A stretch of DNA of 64,000 bases, taken from Clostridia bacterium. GTDB lineage: Bacteria > Bacillota > Clostridia > Oscillospirales > CAG-272. The notes below the pieces were generated by a model that was given only the letters and a program-made list of their open reading frames with translations, did no database searches and was not told the DNA's origin. The stretch lies in assembly GCA_017428635.1 (NCBI GenBank), contig JAFRQK010000008.1, forward strand, positions 1,410 to 65,409, in the 5' to 3' direction. Position numbers and translations under genes: made by a program. Shown piece by piece: positions 61,019 to 64,000 of this stretch (its first letter is position 1; each line of letters opens with the position of its first letter).

Positions 61019-61047
61019 ACAGCCGGCTCGTGCCGGCTGTTTTTTTT
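61019..61047 (+). terminator. Intrinsic terminator
   Basis: 9-bp stem acagccggc/gccggctgt followed by ttttttt. Confidence 0.8.
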
Positions 61048-61077
61048 AAAAAATCGTCACTGAGGCAAAAGTTTTTG

Positions 61078-61106
61078 TTGAATATGAAACTACTCTATGA
61101 TAGAAT
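61078..61106 (+). promoter_or_regulatory. Sigma-A promoter (TTGAAT, 17 nt, TGaTAGAAT)
   Basis: Read directly from the sequence. An AAAGGAGAG RBS follows before ATG 61146. Confidence 0.55.
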
Positions 61107-61145
61107 AAATTTATAATTATAAAAATTATATAAAGGAGAGACCTT

Positions 61146-64000
61146 ATGAAAAAAACCGGAACGTTCAAAAAACTCCTTTCGGTCCTTCTGACGGCTGCCA
61201 TGCTGCTCGGCGCGGCACAGGCGATCATCGCCGCTGCGCCTGCCGGAGCTTCAGCTTCGGGCAGTTATGAAGAACTGTCCTTCAGAGAGATCGAAAACGG
61301 AAACGCGGCTTCCAAATTGAGAGACGGATCGAAAGGCACCGTGCAGAAAGAGGCGCACGCCTTCAGCGATATCGTCCGCGTTTCAATTTATCTTGACAGG
61401 GAGCCGACGCTCAAAGCCGGCTTCGATGCGAAAGACGTCAGGGAAAGCGCCGCAGCCTCTGCGTACCGTGACTCTCTTCGCGCTTATCAGGACGTAATGA
61501 CCGGCAAGATCAACGCCGCTATCGGGTCGAAGATCGACGTCAGATGGAACATCACCCTCGGCGCGGATATAATCTCCGCAAACGTGATGTACGGACTTAT
61601 CGATAAGATCAAAGCGGTCGAAGGCGTCAGCGCCGTCGTACTCGAGCGGGAATATAAACCCGCCGAAACAGTCGACGGAGCGGAACCGATGACAGCGTCC
61701 TCGACCGTTCAAACGGGAGCAAGTTACGTTTGGAATTCCGGTTATACCGGAGCGGGATCGAGAGTCGCCATTCTCGACAACGGTTTCGACGTTGACCATA
61801 TCTCACTCTCAAACGAAGCGTATCTTTACTCTCTCGGCCTTATCGCCGAGGAAAAGGGTATGAGCGCGGACGAATATATCGCGTCTCTGAACTTACTCGG
61901 CATCGACGAGATCGCCGCAAAAGCAGACAAACTTAACGTTGACATCGTTCCCGAAGACGCGTATGAAAACGATAAGATACCGTTCGCATACAACTACGGT
62001 ATCGGCGGGTACGACGTTTCGTCCGTCTCCAACAAGCAGAGCGATCACGGTTCTCACGTAGCCGGGATCGCCGCCGCCAACGCCTACCTTGAGGCCGACG
62101 GCGGATTCGAGAAAGCACTGGACACCGTTTTCGTTCAGGGTGTCGCTCCCGATGCGCAGCTCATCCTTATGAACGTGTTCTCAATGGGCGGAGGAACGTA
62201 CGACTCAGACTATTTCGCCGCTCTTGAAGATGCGCTCGTCCTCGGATGCGACGTCGCCAACCTGTCGCTCGGTTCGAGCGACGAGGGTTTTGCGTTCGAA
62301 TCACACGTCGACGATTTCTTCTCTACCGTAACGGAGAGCGGAATGATCGTAGCGGCGGCAGCCGGCAACTCCGGCGTCTGGTACCGAACAGCCGCAAACG
62401 ACGACGCGCTTCCGGGATATACGAGGATCGGCGACGCGACCTATGCGACAACCGGCAGCCCCAGCACGTACAACAACGCGCTGTCAGTCGCCAACGTCTC
62501 CAATTCGGGCGGGGTCGGCAAAACGATCACGTTCGGAGACCTCGACGTTTTCTACAGCGAGCCGACAGATTACTCGAACGAACCCCTCTCGACTCTGGTC
62601 AACGATGAGGGCTACGAATACGTATTCATAGACGGGGTAGGCACCGAAGAAGATTTTGCCGCTCTCGCCGACGTTCTTCCGGGTAAGATAGCTATCTGCT
62701 CGAGAGGCGAGATCACTTTCGTCGAGAAAGCGACCAACGCCGTCGCTTACGGCGCGGTGGCTACTATCATCTACAACAACGTTCCCGGTTCTCTCGGGAT
62801 GCTCCTCGCGGATTATCAGGAAACGAACCCCGTCGTCATCATTTCACAGGTCGACGGAGCCGCGATCAGAGACCGTTCCGAGGAAGTCGTTCTTGATGAC
62901 GGGACCGTTTACTTTACCGGAAAACTTACGATCAGCGAAGACGTCAAGGTCGTCTACGGCGACGACACCGACGTTCAGCTGATGGTCGATTCTTCCTCCT
63001 GGGGTCCCACGAGTTCTCTGGTACTTAAGCCGGAGATCACTGCGCCGGGCGGCAGCATCTACTCGCTCAACGCACCACACGTCAACGACGACGGATCCGT
63101 TTCCGGCGACCACGACAGTTACGGAACCAAAACAGGAACCTCCATGGCGTCGCCGCAGATCGCAGGTATGGCGGCTCTCGTCACGCAGTATATCAGAGAG
63201 AACGGGCTCTGCGAGAAGACGGGATTCTCTCAGCGTCAGCTGACGAATTCCCTTCTCATGTCGACCGCTCATCCCATTTTTGAACAGTACGAAGAAGATC
63301 TGTTCTACTATCCCGTGATCGAAGTCGGCGCGGGCCTTGCCAACGTGAACGACGCGGTAAACGCAACGTCATTCATTATGATGGACGAGGATTCGACGAT
63401 CTCGCCCGAGACCGCGCTCGACGGCAAAGTCAAGGCGGAGCTCGGCGACGATCCCGACCGAACGGGCATGTTCGCATATAAATTTACGGTTTACCCGCTC
63501 GGCGAATCCAAGACGTTCACTCTCGGAACCGACATTTTCACTCAGGATATTTTCGCCGAAGGTTACGACATCTTTCTTGACACGTGGACGATCGATCTGC
63601 CCGCGGACGTATCCTATATGGTCAACGGCGAAGTGATCGACAACTACTCGCCGATCGACGCAGACGTTAACCTTGACGGCGAAGTCAACGCCGCAGACGC
63701 TCAGGCGATACTCGACTGCGTCTCGGGCGCGCTCGGCGAAGACGATCCGTTCGATCCTGACGCAGCCGATATCAACTGGGACGGTGAGATCACTTCGTAC
63801 GACGCTCATCTCCTCCTCGCCTCTTTCAGGACCGAACAGATCACGATAACCGAACCGACCGAGGTCTTCGTATGTATCTTCCTTGACGACGATACGCTGG
63901 AATACCTTGATAACTTCTACGAAGGCGGAGCGTACATCGAAGGTTACACCTATCTGTATCCCGATACCACCGAAGACGGCGCATTTACCGATTCGGTCCA
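61146..64000 (+). CDS. Secreted S8 subtilisin-like serine peptidase with PA domain and dockerin-like segment, C-terminus outside window
   Basis: Not in the ORF track because there is no stop before the window end. Hand translation is stop-free from ATG 61146 to 64000. Signal peptide. Catalytic Asp (VAILDNGFD), His (DHGSHVAGIAAA), Ser (GTSMASPQIAG). PA-like insert (GKIAICSRGEITFVEKA). Dockerin-like DVNLDGEVNAADAQAIL and DINWDGEITSYDAHLLL. Confidence 0.9.
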   Translation, partial: MKKTGTFKKLLSVLLTAAMLLGAAQAIIAAAPAGASASGSYEELSFREIENGNAASKLRDGSKGTVQKEAHAFSDIVRVSIYLDREPTLKAGFDAKDVRESAAASAYRDSLRAYQDVMTGKINAAIGSKIDVRWNITLGADIISANVMYGLIDKIKAVEGVSAVVLEREYKPAETVDGAEPMTASSTVQTGASYVWNSGYTGAGSRVAILDNGFDVDHISLSNEAYLYSLGLIAEEKGMSADEYIASLNLLGIDEIAAKADKLNVDIVPEDAYENDKIPFAYNYGIGGYDVSSVSNKQSDHGSHVAGIAAANAYLEADGGFEKALDTVFVQGVAPDAQLILMNVFSMGGGTYDSDYFAALEDALVLGCDVANLSLGSSDEGFAFESHVDDFFSTVTESGMIVAAAAGNSGVWYRTAANDDALPGYTRIGDATYATTGSPSTYNNALSVANVSNSGGVGKTITFGDLDVFYSEPTDYSNEPLSTLVNDEGYEYVFIDGVGTEEDFAALADVLPGKIAICSRGEITFVEKATNAVAYGAVATIIYNNVPGSLGMLLADYQETNPVVIISQVDGAAIRDRSEEVVLDDGTVYFTGKLTISEDVKVVYGDDTDVQLMVDSSSWGPTSSLVLKPEITAPGGSIYSLNAPHVNDDGSVSGDHDSYGTKTGTSMASPQIAGMAALVTQYIRENGLCEKTGFSQRQLTNSLLMSTAHPIFEQYEEDLFYYPVIEVGAGLANVNDAVNATSFIMMDEDSTISPETALDGKVKAELGDDPDRTGMFAYKFTVYPLGESKTFTLGTDIFTQDIFAEGYDIFLDTWTIDLPADVSYMVNGEVIDNYSPIDADVNLDGEVNAADAQAILDCVSGALGEDDPFDPDAADINWDGEITSYDAHLLLASFRTEQITITEPTEVFVCIFLDDDTLEYLDNFYEGGAYIEGYTYLYPDTTEDGAFTDSV

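Overview
64-kb chromosomal window from a moderately GC-rich Firmicutes/Clostridia genome. Taxon is inferred from sporulation-linked ytfJ/DUF2953, SLH-anchored surface proteins, a dockerin, and TTGACA-17-TGnTAnAAT promoters; an Oscillospiraceae/Ruminococcaceae-like organism is a guess. About 50 protein genes and 2 tRNAs are supported. Housekeeping blocks: rqcH, lon-engB-lysA, scpA-scpB-DUF2953-ytfJ-dacB-rluB, bioY-birA, serC-serA, a P-type Ca2+/Mn2+ ATPase, a polar amino-acid ABC transporter. Between them lie envelope/accessory loci: a cytoplasmic GH cluster (GH123-like plus two GH27), a 3265-aa GLUG-repeat/SLH surface protein, a 1530-aa adhesin-like protein with Cys-rich mini-modules, a cell-wall-binding-repeat membrane protein, a GT2-GtrA/PAP2/phosphodiester-glycosidase cluster, an SLH NlpC/P60-like protein next to MBOAT plus DHHW, and a dockerin-bearing S8 peptidase that runs off the 3' edge. 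No transposase, integrase, CRISPR array or recognisable defence system was seen. Most unusual items: (1) a ~430-bp ORF-free, highly structured region just downstream of tRNA-Leu/tRNA-fMet, built from fragments of the tRNA-fMet gene plus a 20-nt box present twice; (2) an unlisted 37-codon ORF with a strong RBS between the 1530-aa gene and its terminator; (3) a promoter-leader-terminator arrangement with a GGGAGUAG element upstream of the P-type ATPase, a candidate yybP-ykoY Mn2+ riboswitch; (4) Cys-containing mini-modules bounded by G-H-x-[YW] in both giant surface proteins, with near-identical internal DNA repeats. All family assignments come from motif recognition by eye. No database search was run.
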